Source: Raillietiella orientalis
Taxonomy: Eukaryota
Assembly (NCBI GenBank): GCA_036172245.1
Contig: JAYWIR010000027.1
Coordinates: 2,728,001 to 2,792,000 of the forward strand
Direction of reading: 5' to 3'
Length of the DNA stretch: 64,000 nt
Positions within the stretch are counted from its first letter, which is position 1. Each line of letters opens with the position of its first letter. The notes beneath the pieces are model-generated. The model ran no database searches, was not told where the DNA came from, and worked only from the letters and a program-made list of their open reading frames with translations. This document shows, one piece after another, positions 1-12,530 of the stretch. Both the position numbers and the translations under genes were made by a program.

Positions 1-1411
1 AAACGATCAGCTGGTTCTGCAGATTGCTTCAATGCCCTGGGTATATAAGTCATCTCTGGAAGAGGGCTCTGATAATGTTGTGTGGGCACTCGAGCTCTCT
101 TCAGTACCCTGTCTGTGTGTGCAACTTCTGGAGTAGTCTTACTGCCCTAAGGGACAGGCAACTGGGGCATCTGCATGTTTTCTTTTTAATTTACCTGCGC
201 TTTAGTTGCTCGTGGTTTCTTTACAGCTACTTCCTGAGCCCTAAGGTCAGGACGAGGAATCTTTTCCAGAGGTGGAGGTACTGATTTAACTGCAACGACA
301 GGTTTTGCAGGTCTTGGTGATGCCTCTGAAGCACTGGGTCTAGCTACTGAACCTACACAGAAGTATCAACTTCAAGTTCAACTGCCACAAGCTACCAGAA
401 TGGCTGGGACCAGCTGGAGTCTTAACTGCCACAGGCTTAGACTGAACATTGTTGGTTGATGGTAAAGGCTTATTGCCATCCAAGGATCCAGTTTCTACTG
501 GTTTCCTCACATGTTCTGTCAGTCTGCTGGAAGCATCATCACCACTTGTTGAAGCCTGGACCGGAGGCAACGGAACAGACGGAACAGATGGTGGGGATAA
601 CTTTTTCATTGGACTCAAAGGCTCCATTTTAGGAAGAGGTGGAACAGTCATTCTGACTGAATGGTCTACATGTATAGGTATACCAGGGTGAGTAGAACGA
701 ATGGGAACAGAAGAGGGAGCAGGATTTGAAGGTTTCATAGGTGAAGCAAGGGTTACCTTAGTCTGTGAGACTGGAGAGGCTGCACGTAAAGGGGTACACC
801 CTTGTGTTCCTGGTCTGGGAGTGGAGTTCATGGAGACTGGGGATCGAACCGCATGATAAGTCTGAAAAAACTCACCAGCATAAGATACACATTATGACAA
901 TGAAGCACCCAAACAATCACAACAATATCAAGCACATAGGAACTTATAAATTGAACTGGTTGCTTATAAAAGGTCATCAAAAGCATATGCCTATTTCCTT
1001 AAGTTTGCTAAAACAGGCAATTTCGTTTCTGCCGGCAAAATTGGGTTAACATAAGCACATACATCCATGAAACATGTTACATACGGCTACATAAAGCAGA
1101 ATACAGTTTCCCTGAGTATAGTTATGTCCCATTTTAACAAACACACCGTCCGTGCAGGCAATATTATAACAAATACCACAGTTACCGTAATCACCAACAA
1201 AACTTGTTATTTGATATATGATTTTACAGTGGCACGGTTTGCATGCGCTATAGGAGACGCTATAAACATTCGTAATTTACGTTGCACAAACCCATCTTAC
1301 CTGCGAAGTCATCGTTATGGTCGCATTTGTCATGGATAGGGGAGATGAGTAACTAACAGGTGAGTTGGATGATAGGGGTCCAGAAAGATTTACTGCTTTG
1401 GATTGATCCAT
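1..1411 (-). CDS. 5' part of an uncharacterised Pro/Ser-rich protein (gene continues off the left edge)
   Basis: Phase-consistent GT-AG exons 1411-1301 (MDQSKAVNLSGP...; in-frame stop upstream of the ATG), 861-396, 352-195, 146-<1 (...KRARVPTQHYQSPLPEMTYIPR...). Introns 439, 43 and 48 nt. Includes ORF 340..831. No domain recognised. Confidence 0.8.
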
Positions 1412-2068
1412 TTTGATTCTGTTTCAAAAGTTTCTCACATTTTAAACCACTTTGTCGTTAGAAATGTTCCGAAAAAACGTTTCTACAAAAAAAAGAAAAA
1501 GGAAAAAAACATACATTACAGCAACAAAATACACAGATCACTAACGGCTGCTTCTATGGTTTCACTTTCGGGCAGCAAGCACGTTAAAGAAACCGCACAT
1601 GACCAACGGATTCACGAATGCTTTCACGAGTTGCGGACCCCGAAATGTGTGTGTGTGTGTACAAATGACTGATTGCACAGCCGCACATAACATGTGCTAT
1701 ACGATGCCGCTTGTACACTTCGCATAATTACCCGCCACTTCGCTCGTCATCGATCACAACAAACTTTCAGCCATTTCAAAAAACTCGGATCCCCCCCTCA
1801 CGAATCCGACGCAAAAGGCCACCACCTCCAGCTCAGGAGCGGCGGAACGTCCGTGGGTTTGTTTTCCCGGCACCTACTGCTCCCCCATCCATCTGGTGGG
1901 AAGGATTACGGTCTCGTGGGGGGGAGGGGGAGGAAGAGGAAGAAAAGAAAAAAAAACAAAAGCACTCCGCCACCACCACCAAGTGCGACTCGTGCAGAAA
2001 TTGTCACTCGCTTCCCGTGCTGTCACGCGTTGGAAGGGGGGGAAGGGGGGGGGGCGATAATCCTGCTC

Positions 2069-2074
2069 CACACA

Positions 2075-2115
<41 letters not shown>

Positions 2116-2127
2116 ACACACACACAC
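2069..2127. repeat. (CA)n microsatellite
   Basis: Near-perfect CA run seen directly. Confidence 0.95.
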
Positions 2128-5100
2128 CTCGATTTGTGAGCCTGTCACTTCTTACTTCACAACACTCGCCCCCCCCCCTCCTAATTACATGCTTTGTGAC
2201 ACAGTAGTATATGCTAATGACGTTCGTACAGGAGCGTTTATACGGGAGCGGTGCTTTGCACGGGATCGCATGCACGGTATTCAAATTTGAAACTTGTCAT
2301 CTAACGAAAAACCCGTTTGGCTGTAATTAATTTCCCGTATGGGGCCAGAAGGGTGGCTGACTGGCAATCGATATTCTGGAATAGGTGATTTTCGTAACCG
2401 TGTTTGTGGGGCAAGGCTTCCGGGAGGAGGAGGAGGAGGAGGGGTGAAGAAGATGCAGTGCCAACGTTCACCGGGAAATGCGACGGGATTTTCACGGCAC
2501 GAGGAGGGTGGTCGGCACGACCTCTCCCCTGCTTCCTGCCAGCTCTCCTGAAGACCTGCCGCGTCTCCGAACCGTGGGGCACGGGGGAACAGGAAGAAAA
2601 AAAAAAAAAAAACCTGCTGCCCAATCTGCAAAGGAAAACTCAACGGGAAATGAAAAAAGAAGTGGGCAAAAACATCCGATGCTTTGCCAAGCGAACGCAC
2701 TCAGGGCTACGAAAATCAAAAAGAATCATATTGCGATTCCGACCGCAAAATAATAACCATAATAATAATAACGATAATGATCATAATAGCAATGGAAAAA
2801 AAAAACGTGTTTGAAAATCTTCGTCCACATTATGAACATCTCCCACACGACTGTGAGAACCTCTGCATCACTGCCCGGAAAATTTCTTTATATAACAAAA
2901 TGGTAACGCCGCCATACGATTCACAATTTTCGGAAAAAAACAATCCTCGAAACAAAAAAAAAAAAGGAAAAAATGTCCCTTCCAGCAACAGATCTTACAT
3001 TTCACACTTCTTTTAGTTAAATTTGTCGACATTTAAATTTGAAAAAACAGTTGTCACTGGTTTCTCCGCACCCCTAACCCGCCTCTCCCACTCCATTTTT
3101 TTCTTCACATTATTGGATCATCAAGATCGAAAGACAACTTATTCCATCTTTAATGTCTAAATAATATGGCTAGTAAGTGAGCGTCCATTAATGCATCTGG
3201 CATATTTGCTTATTTCATTACAACGCCTCGCGCTGAATAGATTCTACACATGTATTTTCCATCCCTGCAAATTTTACTCTAGCCCCACAGTGGTTAAAAC
3301 ATGAAGTCATGCATCAATCTGTTTCTGTTACTGTTCCATCAATTCTTTCAGCTCCCCCCCTCCCTCTAAACAATCCAAGGAACCTTCGAGTGATGAGGAA
3401 TTTCTTTCAGCAGTTGGTTTTTTCTTGCAATGACCCACGTGAAGCCACGCCGTGCACAGCAAACGGTGTACATCAGGGAGCGGAATTCGTTCCGCACTTC
3501 CGTTTGCTTCAACCCTCTCAATACCCCCAGCTCTCAATTTCCGATTTTTCACACTCGGATGTGTGCTCCTTTGCTCAGAAACATGCCAGGCGAAATTCTC
3601 AACCAGGTGATCTTTCGGATGGGCAGATTTTGATTCCACACTCCTTTTCCGAATCCGATCGCCTTTGAATGCTGTTGCAGCAGTTCAAGATGGCATTTCC
3701 ATTTATGCCACGCGTAAGAATTCGCCGTGCATGCCTCGGTCCTCTGTGATTCTTCCTGTAAATGTTCCAGTCATCAGCAGCTTGGTCATTCCTAAGGATG
3801 TCTTGCATGTTCAAAGCAGTATAACGACATGCCATTATTTCTCACTGCGACACAGGAAGAAAAATCATTTAAAGTTTCCATATATTTAACAAAATATCGT
3901 GGACACTAGATGTTTTTAGACTGCTATTTTATTTTCTTTCAAGAAAGGTAATCCCATTTCGAAACCTGGCACTCTTTTGATTGTTTGCATAATGGCTGAA
4001 GGATGTCTTCAAATTAATTCTTGTTTTTCTCTCCCTCTCTCATGCTATGTGTACAAATTTTAAGGTGAGTCGGAAGCTCTGGAAAAGTAGAATAATTGGT
4101 GCTTGTTTGTAGCTTTTACTCAAACAAACAAGCTAGCATACCCTGGAGGAGGAAGCAAATGCTTTGTCTCTGGGGAATACTGAACCATTTTGTACCTGTT
4201 GAATCGACCTAATCTGTCAAAATTACCTCTTGCAATCGATTCATGTCTTCGCGCACTGAAGCAGCCATGACATCTATTTCCCCGTCTTCTCTCCGAAGCT
4301 TTTCCACGACACCGAAACACCGCTGGAAACCACCCTAATTTCGAAAGATTGAAGAAGTGAATCAACACGTGCCATTTCATTCGCTAAGGTCTTACCGTGC
4401 CTCTGTGCAAGAGATAAACTTGAGTTTACACGAACGTAGGGCCGTGCTTGCCGGTGAGCCTACTGAAGGAAAACCAATCAGGAGATTAATTTTGAGAAAT
4501 GGGTTTCTCTCCTGAAAAATTAGTTTGAACTGAAAAATTTCAAAGAATGCGCTGTCACCATGAATTGGACCCGTGCCCTGTCATTTTGCCGTGAGCTGGT
4601 CCTGAGACGTCTTTTCTTTTCTTTCTTTCTTTCTTTCTTTTTTTAAAAAAAAGGAATACAAAATTAGAAGATCGAGATCACTCAATCATTCATAAAACGA
4701 AGTGTTAGAAGCAGTTCTGGTGGAAAATGAGTGCACCAATGTACTCTTCTGATCATTAAATGGGAAACTGTGATAATATCAGAGGTTAACTGGAAACCAC
4801 CATTTAATTTCCTGATTTCTTCACTTTTTCTTTAAAAAAAAAAAAAAGAGAATGGCAAACCTCCAGGTAAAGAGTAATCGGGGCACACAAGATTTAAACT
4901 TGACCACTGCGTGTCCACTCGAGAATCCATTTCAAAATTCTGGGAATTATAAGTTACACTGCATAACAGAGTCAGATGACTTTCATCTGGGCAGATCCGA
5001 TGCGAGTATGCGACTCACATGAGGTGTGTCTCCTTTACCTGCTCCGAAACTGGAAAGAGTATCCCTTCATCGTTCTGAGAGCGAAACTAGGAAATGTGCT

Positions 5101-7551
5101 ACTTGGTGACGAGTTGCAAAGATGATGTTTACATATTGAAAACACTGAAACGCTCTGTAATATCCAATGATTAAATGTTGTGAAAGATGCCTGAGAGAAT
5201 CGGGTTTTGAAAATCGTGCTTAATGGCACCAGCAAGATTAACAGCTTCTCGGTCCGTCTGAATTGAAAATGGAGAGACGGTGGACGAAATGTTTGCCGCT
5301 TGCTTCAGGAAGCAACGGAATTGCAATCTCCCAGATAATCGGGAAAAGCAACCGAGAAAAAAAAAAGTATGAGTAGAGCGAAACGGAGGAGTTGACTTTA
5401 CAACGAAGACCGGCGAAAGCCTGTAAACCAGATTTTAGGAATGCAATCACCAGTCGACTGTTGATTAGGATCGTAACCACAGGCATTCTGTTCACTTAAG
5501 ACTATTCTGAAGTCAAAGACGAACAGACTATAGAGAATAGAGAACAGAAAATGGAGCTCATTTTTTCGTTGAGAAATCCAAGTTCTAGTGGACATGAAGG
5601 GAATTTTTAGAGCACGTATTGCACTTCTTGAGACAAGTGCTTGCTGAGATAACTGATATCGTCAGCAGGCAGCCTTACCCCCAAACGACCCCTACCTATC
5701 TCTCTGTAATTTCGCTCATGAAGTACCGTGCTGCCTGCTTTCTTAATGCGAGGTAAACCTCGGATTTATGTGAGGCGTCGCATGTTTCAATCATTCTGTA
5801 GGGATGTTCTCAGAATCCTGGACAAGGGAAGTTTCCCTTTCTCGTTTATAATTTCCAAGGAAAAGGAAACATCTTTCGAACTCTGAAAGCAGCAGATGCA
5901 AAGATCCCACAGTAAGTCACTTTTCCACAACTGACAACGAGTGCAATACATCAAAATTCAGGACTCAGTCGGCTTTCCCTGCTGGCATAGAGGATTCGAG
6001 CCTGCCAATTTGACGACAACTTCAGTTCTGGAAATCTTTCGGTTTCATGAGATCTTAAGACGATTCTCCCTGGTGATCATCCATTGCGTATCGCAAGTTA
6101 TTGGGTACCTTGCTATTATTGGAGATCAGGTGTGCCTCTGACTACTACGTGAAGAGAATCCAAAGATTTCTTTCACAGAAGGGTAGCCGTTCTCGAAGTT
6201 TGCCCCTTGCTTCATTAATGAACTACTTTCTCACGAGTCGTCCAAGTGGCTGCAGAACCTAAAAATTGGATAGAATAGCGCAATAGTTCCACCACACTCT
6301 ACCCTAATTTTATTGGTGAATTCCTCGGAAGGGGCACAGTGCACTATGATGGAAGAATGTTGTCACCAGATGAAAACATGCATCGCTCATTACAAAAGTC
6401 AGGGACAATGTTGCAGAATAATCCAGATCAGAGCACTCTGCAAATCAATTACCTTCTCTTCTTGCTTCCCTCGCATTGCTCTAGTATTTTCTAGTTTCTC
6501 GGTTTGCTTAAATTGCATGTACAATGTTCCACCCAATCTCCTTCTGAGATTACTTTAATTTTTCATGAATTCAATACTTCTAGAGAATAAAATGATCGCG
6601 TGATTGAAAATATACATCCAATTTTTTCTGTGACGTTTCTAGATAATACTAGAAAAGCATTTAACAAACTGAAATAAATTGAATCCTAGGGAAGTTATAA
6701 AAGGGAAGTTATTTTCCTTTCCCCTTGTGATTTCGATCCTTTTCATTTATTCCATTCTTTGCAAAACTCAAAGGAATCTATCATGCGACCTAATTCCTAG
6801 AGAAAACCGAAATTCTAATTGGAAGAAAGGAGACAGTATCAGAATCATCGCAACACACATGTTTATAAACACCACTTTGCTTCAAGTTCCCAAGAGTTAG
6901 GTAATATGACTTCGATAACTTTGCAAAATTGTTTCAATGCTGTTTCGAAAAGTTTCACTTCGAGGATTTACGTACTGAGATTGCATTGTCTTTCACATAT
7001 GCATTTTCAAAGGCATTCTAATGCAGTTCGATGTGTGCAGAGATAAAAAAAAAAAAAACACATATCTGGGGCTTTGAAAACCCCATCAGTTCCCTTTCGA
7101 CCGATTTGATACCTTTCTTCAAAGTGCTTTCCCACGAGAAGCATGCTTTCCCTATCCAGAAAACTCTCATTTTCTCGTATGAAATTTTTGCTTTGTTTTT
7201 AACATTAAAAAATATTTTTTGTAATGTGAGATATGCTCACTCTTTACACCATCTACTCTTCTGTATTTCCTCCATTTATTATTATGCTTGGAAATGTTTT
7301 CATTGCTTGCAATTTGATTTATGCGTGTTAATAAATTCTTTTATGCGAGATTACAAGAATGTTTTACAAATATATAAAATTGTGGGAACCATGTTTGCTG
7401 CATTGGTAAAGCTAAACTTTCGTTTGGTGGTGGTTATGAGATAATTCCAGTATGAAGCATGTGATGTGTTTCTTTTGATGCGATTGTGACTTTTTATCTC
7501 CATTAAAGGAAAAAAAAGTGTTGTTAACTTGTGCGCTGATGTGAAGTACAC

Positions 7552-8497
7552 ATGGAGATGGGCGATGCATTCATCAATTTGATAATAACAAGTAACAGAA
7601 ATACTTTCGAATCTCATAGGAGGTTTCCCATTTCATCGACGTTAAAGGAACTGAAGGTGGGTGCCTATATAACCTTGCATTCTGGATTATTCTTATTGGA
7701 ACAGTTGAAGTTAGAATTGTTAACTGGTATTTCTTGCAATGCGATGCGTTTACAATTGTTTGAAAATGAAAAAATGCTGGGGTTGTTAGAAGATGATGAT
7801 TCTACGTTAGTAGATCATTTTGTAAAAGATGGCATGAGAATCCATGTAAGGTTTTTTCAAAAATGCCTAGTGTTTAATGATGACTAGGTTACTGACACAT
7901 CATTTCATGGTGCTGAATCTGAAAATGTTAATGCCGAGCACTTTAAGTTGTCTCAAGAAGAATATGCGAAAAGACATGGTAAATCTATAACCAGTTACCA
8001 CCTTAGCATTGTGTTGTTGTTTCAGGAACAGTTCATGCATATCTTAGTCAGAATAAGCTAGGTAAATACAATGAGGATTTAAAACAGAAAAAAGAAAAAG
8101 ACAAGAAAGATATGTTACTCAAAGAAGAAAAGTTGGCAAAGGAGTTCCAAACTGGTGATCGCTGTGAAGTTTCTACTTCAGGTCAACCACTGCGCAGAGG
8201 AACTATTAAGTTTATTGGTATGTGATATTTGATAGGGCAGTGATCAATTTTTGTTAGGCAATGTGCATTGTTTAAGTGGCCCGTGGGTGGGTGTACAGTA
8301 TGATGAACCACTAGGAAAAAACGATGGAAGGTAAATTTTGAATTTTCACAACAAAAGTTTTACATATGACACAATTAAGTGTTGAGGGACAACGATACTT
8401 CAGTTGTCCTCCAAAATATGGTGCATTTGTGAGGCCAAGTTGTGTAACCATTGGTGATTATCCTGAGCTGCCTCTTGATGATGAAGATGAAATCTGA
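7552..8497 (+). CDS. TBCB: Tubulin-folding cofactor B (ubiquitin-like domain + CAP-Gly), 239 aa
   Basis: Exons 7552-7656, 7705-7845, 7888-7978, 8026-8217, 8258-8330, 8380-8497 join in frame. Ubl region ([13 protein letters not shown]...DGMRIHV), CAP-Gly (GDRCEV...RRGTIKFIG...[23 protein letters not shown]...YGAFVRP), C-terminal DEI. AATAAA at 8670-8675. Confidence 0.96.
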
Positions 8498-11400
8498 TCA
8501 AAGATGTTCCAAAATTGAGCTTTTTTTTTTCTCATGCTTTAAGAATAATTGACTGCATCACAAGAAATTAGTCTTTCACAGATTCTGTTTTGATAAGTAA
8601 ACTTATGTTCATATGAAATGCAGTTTTGAAGATTGCAAGAAAATGAAAATTAACTGTTCATCAAAGATTAATAAAGTATTTGTAGCTAAAGTTCTGTCTA
8701 CACACTCTTTGTCATGAAAATTTAAAAAGTGGGTATTTTTTAATGAAAAGAGAAGCAGAAATACTTTGGTGGTTGTGATTTTTATCTGTTAATTACAGTT
8801 TTGCTACCTATTTGGACAATGTATTTAGGAAGTTCAATAATCAACTTTTTGTACAGTGTTGTGCATTCAAGCCATGCTTACGTGATGAACTTTTCTTTCA
8901 GTACACAGAAGTTTTTTTAATCTTCAATTTTGTGTTGATAAATTGCACATGATGCATTATCGAATGATTGTATGCCTCCTCTTATATGACAATGTTTTGT
9001 TCTCCACTTTTATCTGAGTGGTAATGGCAGAATGTATCTTTCCTGTTGTTCTACCACCAATACTAGATTAACATGAAGTAATTTGAAAAAAATGAATTCC
9101 TTGAGCATGGGATGAGCGAAGCCGTTCCCATTACTGTTGAAACCCTATGGGGACCAATTTGGAGGGGGGGTCTTTCAGACCAACCGCCAATTGTGAAACG
9201 AAAGTTACGGACCATGAAAGAAATAGCTTGCCAAGATTTCCCTTTGGTTTGCTCTCCCCCTTTCGGTTCACGTGGAACGAAGAGAAAAGGATGTTTGCTT
9301 GCCATACGTAATCGCCGGGTCTTGCTGCGTGTCATCTGCAGAAGACCAATTTAACAAAAATGGGGGGGAGGGGGGAAACCTGAGCACATTTTCGAAAAAA
9401 TGACAAGGCGTCACTGAAAGAGGAAAAATTTAGAGCGGAAGTTTATGCGCCACTGGAGGAAACTGTTCCGTTTAACGAATGCTGGGTGCTCACGTGCTTG
9501 CACTGTCACTGCCTGAAGGAAGAAAAGAAGGGTTGAGGGGGGGGGGAAGAAAAAAACACCATCTCGCATCTGTGCGGAAGCTCTCGCGGTGACCAATCTG
9601 TTCCAATGCATCTGTCCAATGTACCGGAGTGGGCGTTCGGCCCAGTCGGATGGGTGAACGAGCAGGAGGAGAACCAGCAGCAGATTACCGACTGATCAGG
9701 CAGATGTTCGGGTCGGTCCAGTTTTCCGCATCTCACTGAGGGGTCTCCGGTTCCTCAAATAGACAGCACATCGACGGATGCGAAATGTGCAGCTGATGGT
9801 TCGAGGGTTCGTCGAAATGCCTGCCGTAATTCCCTCACTTGCAAGTGGATTTCCGCAAAACTGCAGATATGGGGATGGTGCATAGGCGCCACCCGCAAGC
9901 ATCGGTGCATCTTGGCTTCTCTGCAAACTTTGCCCCTCGAAGCTTTATAATTTTCGGACCCGAGGAGAATCACGTCTATGTTTGAGGTCGATTTTACCTT
10001 TAGTTCCTAAGCCATACTGAATCGCATATTCCTTTCAAAAGAACTGTGAAGTTCTCGGAAGTTTTGCTCTTTGACAGCAAAGACTCCTCACACCCTTTTG
10101 GTACTCGTTCTAAAAAAAAACACACAGCAGCGACAACTTTTGAGCGTCCATTTTCTGATGTTTATGCAGCGGAAAAGCTACCTCGTTTAATCGTGATCTT
10201 CATTTCATCTTCATGGTTCTCTTTCAACGGTGCATTTTGTATCCCCCTCCTTTCCCCTCCCCCGATCGCTGCACTGTGATTGGTCAGGAAATCATCTGCA
10301 TCTGCTAATTTGTGTTCTAAATCTGGATTTCTTAAACATAAGCCGCGGTCGAAATGTTCAAGGTCGCGTTGAATAAACGCCGTCGCTCTGCTGCGGGAGA
10401 CGCGCTTTTTTTCCCTCCTTCCCCTTTTTTTCTAACTCTTGAATTCTGTGGACAGAATTTCCTAGTCTTTTTCTTTATGTTCCTCGCGGTCATTCCGTAA
10501 GTACCTTTGCGTGTTGCGGATGCAAGTAAATGAGATGGTCATCATGAGCTTGCTTTCGGTCTCGCAAAAATCCGCCATTTTCCGATTGCTCCGGAAGACT
10601 CGTTGCAACCACAAGGCGACGTTTTTCCTCCTTGTGGCAGGAATACCACGTTCCCGACGTGAATCCCTCGTTCCATCCACTGTTTCGAAACTGTGGATTC
10701 ACCTCAGAATGTTCCAGGGTGGAACGGAAAACACTTTATTCGAAATTCCGTGAGTGCAGAGATACTGCAACATTTGGGCATCCCTGTGAATACCAAGTTA
10801 TGCTCGTCTATTCAAGGTCATGCCTGCGCAAATCGCGATCTCCAGAGGCAGGCAGCTCAAGATTTCTTCCTCACGCCGTGGTTTGCCAGCTTTGCGCTGG
10901 AACTGTGGCTGTTTGCTTTCCTATTTATCCATTTCACTCGACGGGGTCCCGAACCGGGAACAGCGAGATTTGGATTTTCGTCTGAAGGTATGGTGATGAT
11001 GACCCGAGCAGTTTTTCGGACTCGCGGATGTGTTCCACTCCGCCCTTCCCACCGAAATCCCGTTCTGATTTTGTCGGTTTATGATTTAATTGGCAGGAGC
11101 CAGCATAGACCACTGTTTCATTGGCAGATCTCGGTTCGTGAGGAGATGCCATCTTGGTGTGGTGTGTGCCTGGAACCCTTGAATCGGTTCGAAAAGGAAG
11201 GCATCCTCGCGAGGGGTGTGCAAGAAAAAGGGGAGAAATGGACGAGAATTCCGTGCTGAGGAACGCACGTCTCTCGAGTTACCCTCGGTTGTGCAAGTTG
11301 TTTCGGGTCTCTAATGCGTTCTCATCGAGCAGTTTGATGGCAAGGAGTTGTGGTAGCGGCAGTCAAGGGGGCAGATGATGCATCAGTAATGAAAATTTCC

Positions 11401-11636
11401 GAGGGGGGGGAGGGGGGGGGACAAAGTCAAAATGGAATTAAAAAAAAAAAAAGCGGGACGACCGATTTCTCTGCTAACCGGACCCTGGAGTGTTCCTTCC
11501 TGAGCTGCGCATGCAGAAAACGGCGAGAAATTTCAGTCCACTTCATTCGAATGGTGAAGCCAAACCGCTTCTTCTGGTACCAAGACGGCGGCTTTCGGCT
11601 CAAAGTTGCCGCTACGCCGAACGACATCCCCAAGGA

Positions 11637-12530
11637 CCAAAAAATAGATGTACGCATGTACATCACGTGCATCAATGTATAAATGTATGTACTTTTGTGC
11701 AGATTAATGCACATTATAAAGATTTGTAAAAATAAACACGCACGTTCATCACGTGTATTAATTTGTGGATTAATAATCTAATTTAACATGTGTTAATATT
11801 TATTAAGGTACATATTAATATAATCCATCATAAGCATTAATAAATATCATGAATATACATGTTAATAAACATTATAAAGCATATGTGATTATTATATATA
11901 TTTACATATGTAATAAATATGTATTGCATGAACGTGTAAATGTGGAATTCTTAACAATAAAAAATAGTGGTAACACTATTTTTTATAGCCTAGATAAAGA
12001 TAGCCGAAAAAAAGCCAAAAGCAAACAAACTCAGAAAAAAAACACAAACACACAAGAAATTTGGTCATTTCATTTTGCTGCCATTTCCAACACGCAGTGA
12101 ATGAAAACTTTCTCAAGATATGATGAATTTAATTTCTGGATTTCCATCGTTTGGTAAATATATGTTTTTATAGTTTGATGTTCATATATTTATTTAGTAT
12201 ATATTTATTGTAGATTTATATAATAAACACATATAACCTCTGATATATATATATCAAATATATTAACACAATATTGATTATATAATTAGGTTAATGTAAT
12301 TAATACTGCGAGCGTTAAGTTTTCATGAATATGCATGTTAAAATAAACTTGTACATTAATGTATACATTAATGCACAAGTATACGTGTGTGTATTAATAT
12401 GCATAATAGGTATATTTATTTCTTATAGTCAATATATTTATATATATTTACATCTCGATGATTATTATAAGTATACATATTTATAAATCTACACGTTAAT
12501 GTACATATCAACACACAATATTTTTTGATG
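11637..12530. mobile_element. AT-rich island with degenerate inverted ends; possible decayed MITE-like element
   Basis: Sharp switch to very AT-rich DNA between GC-rich flanks. Left end (aaaaaata..atgtacat..acgtg..tataaat..tactt) resembles the reverse complement of the right end; internal direct repeat catgaatat[a/g]catgttaa near 11848 and 12325. No TSD or ORF identified. Confidence 0.4.

Noticed and set aside
5978..6006. B-box/T-arm-like GGCTCGAATCC on the minus strand
   Set aside because: No A-box, D-arm or anticodon arm, so not a tRNA.
3309..6558. Short ORFs between the left-edge gene and TBCB
   Set aside because: No homology or consistent exon chain recognised.
11957..11993. Hairpin followed by CTAG as a Helitron 3' end
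   Set aside because: The hairpin is AT-rich, too close to CTAG, and CTAG is not followed by T.
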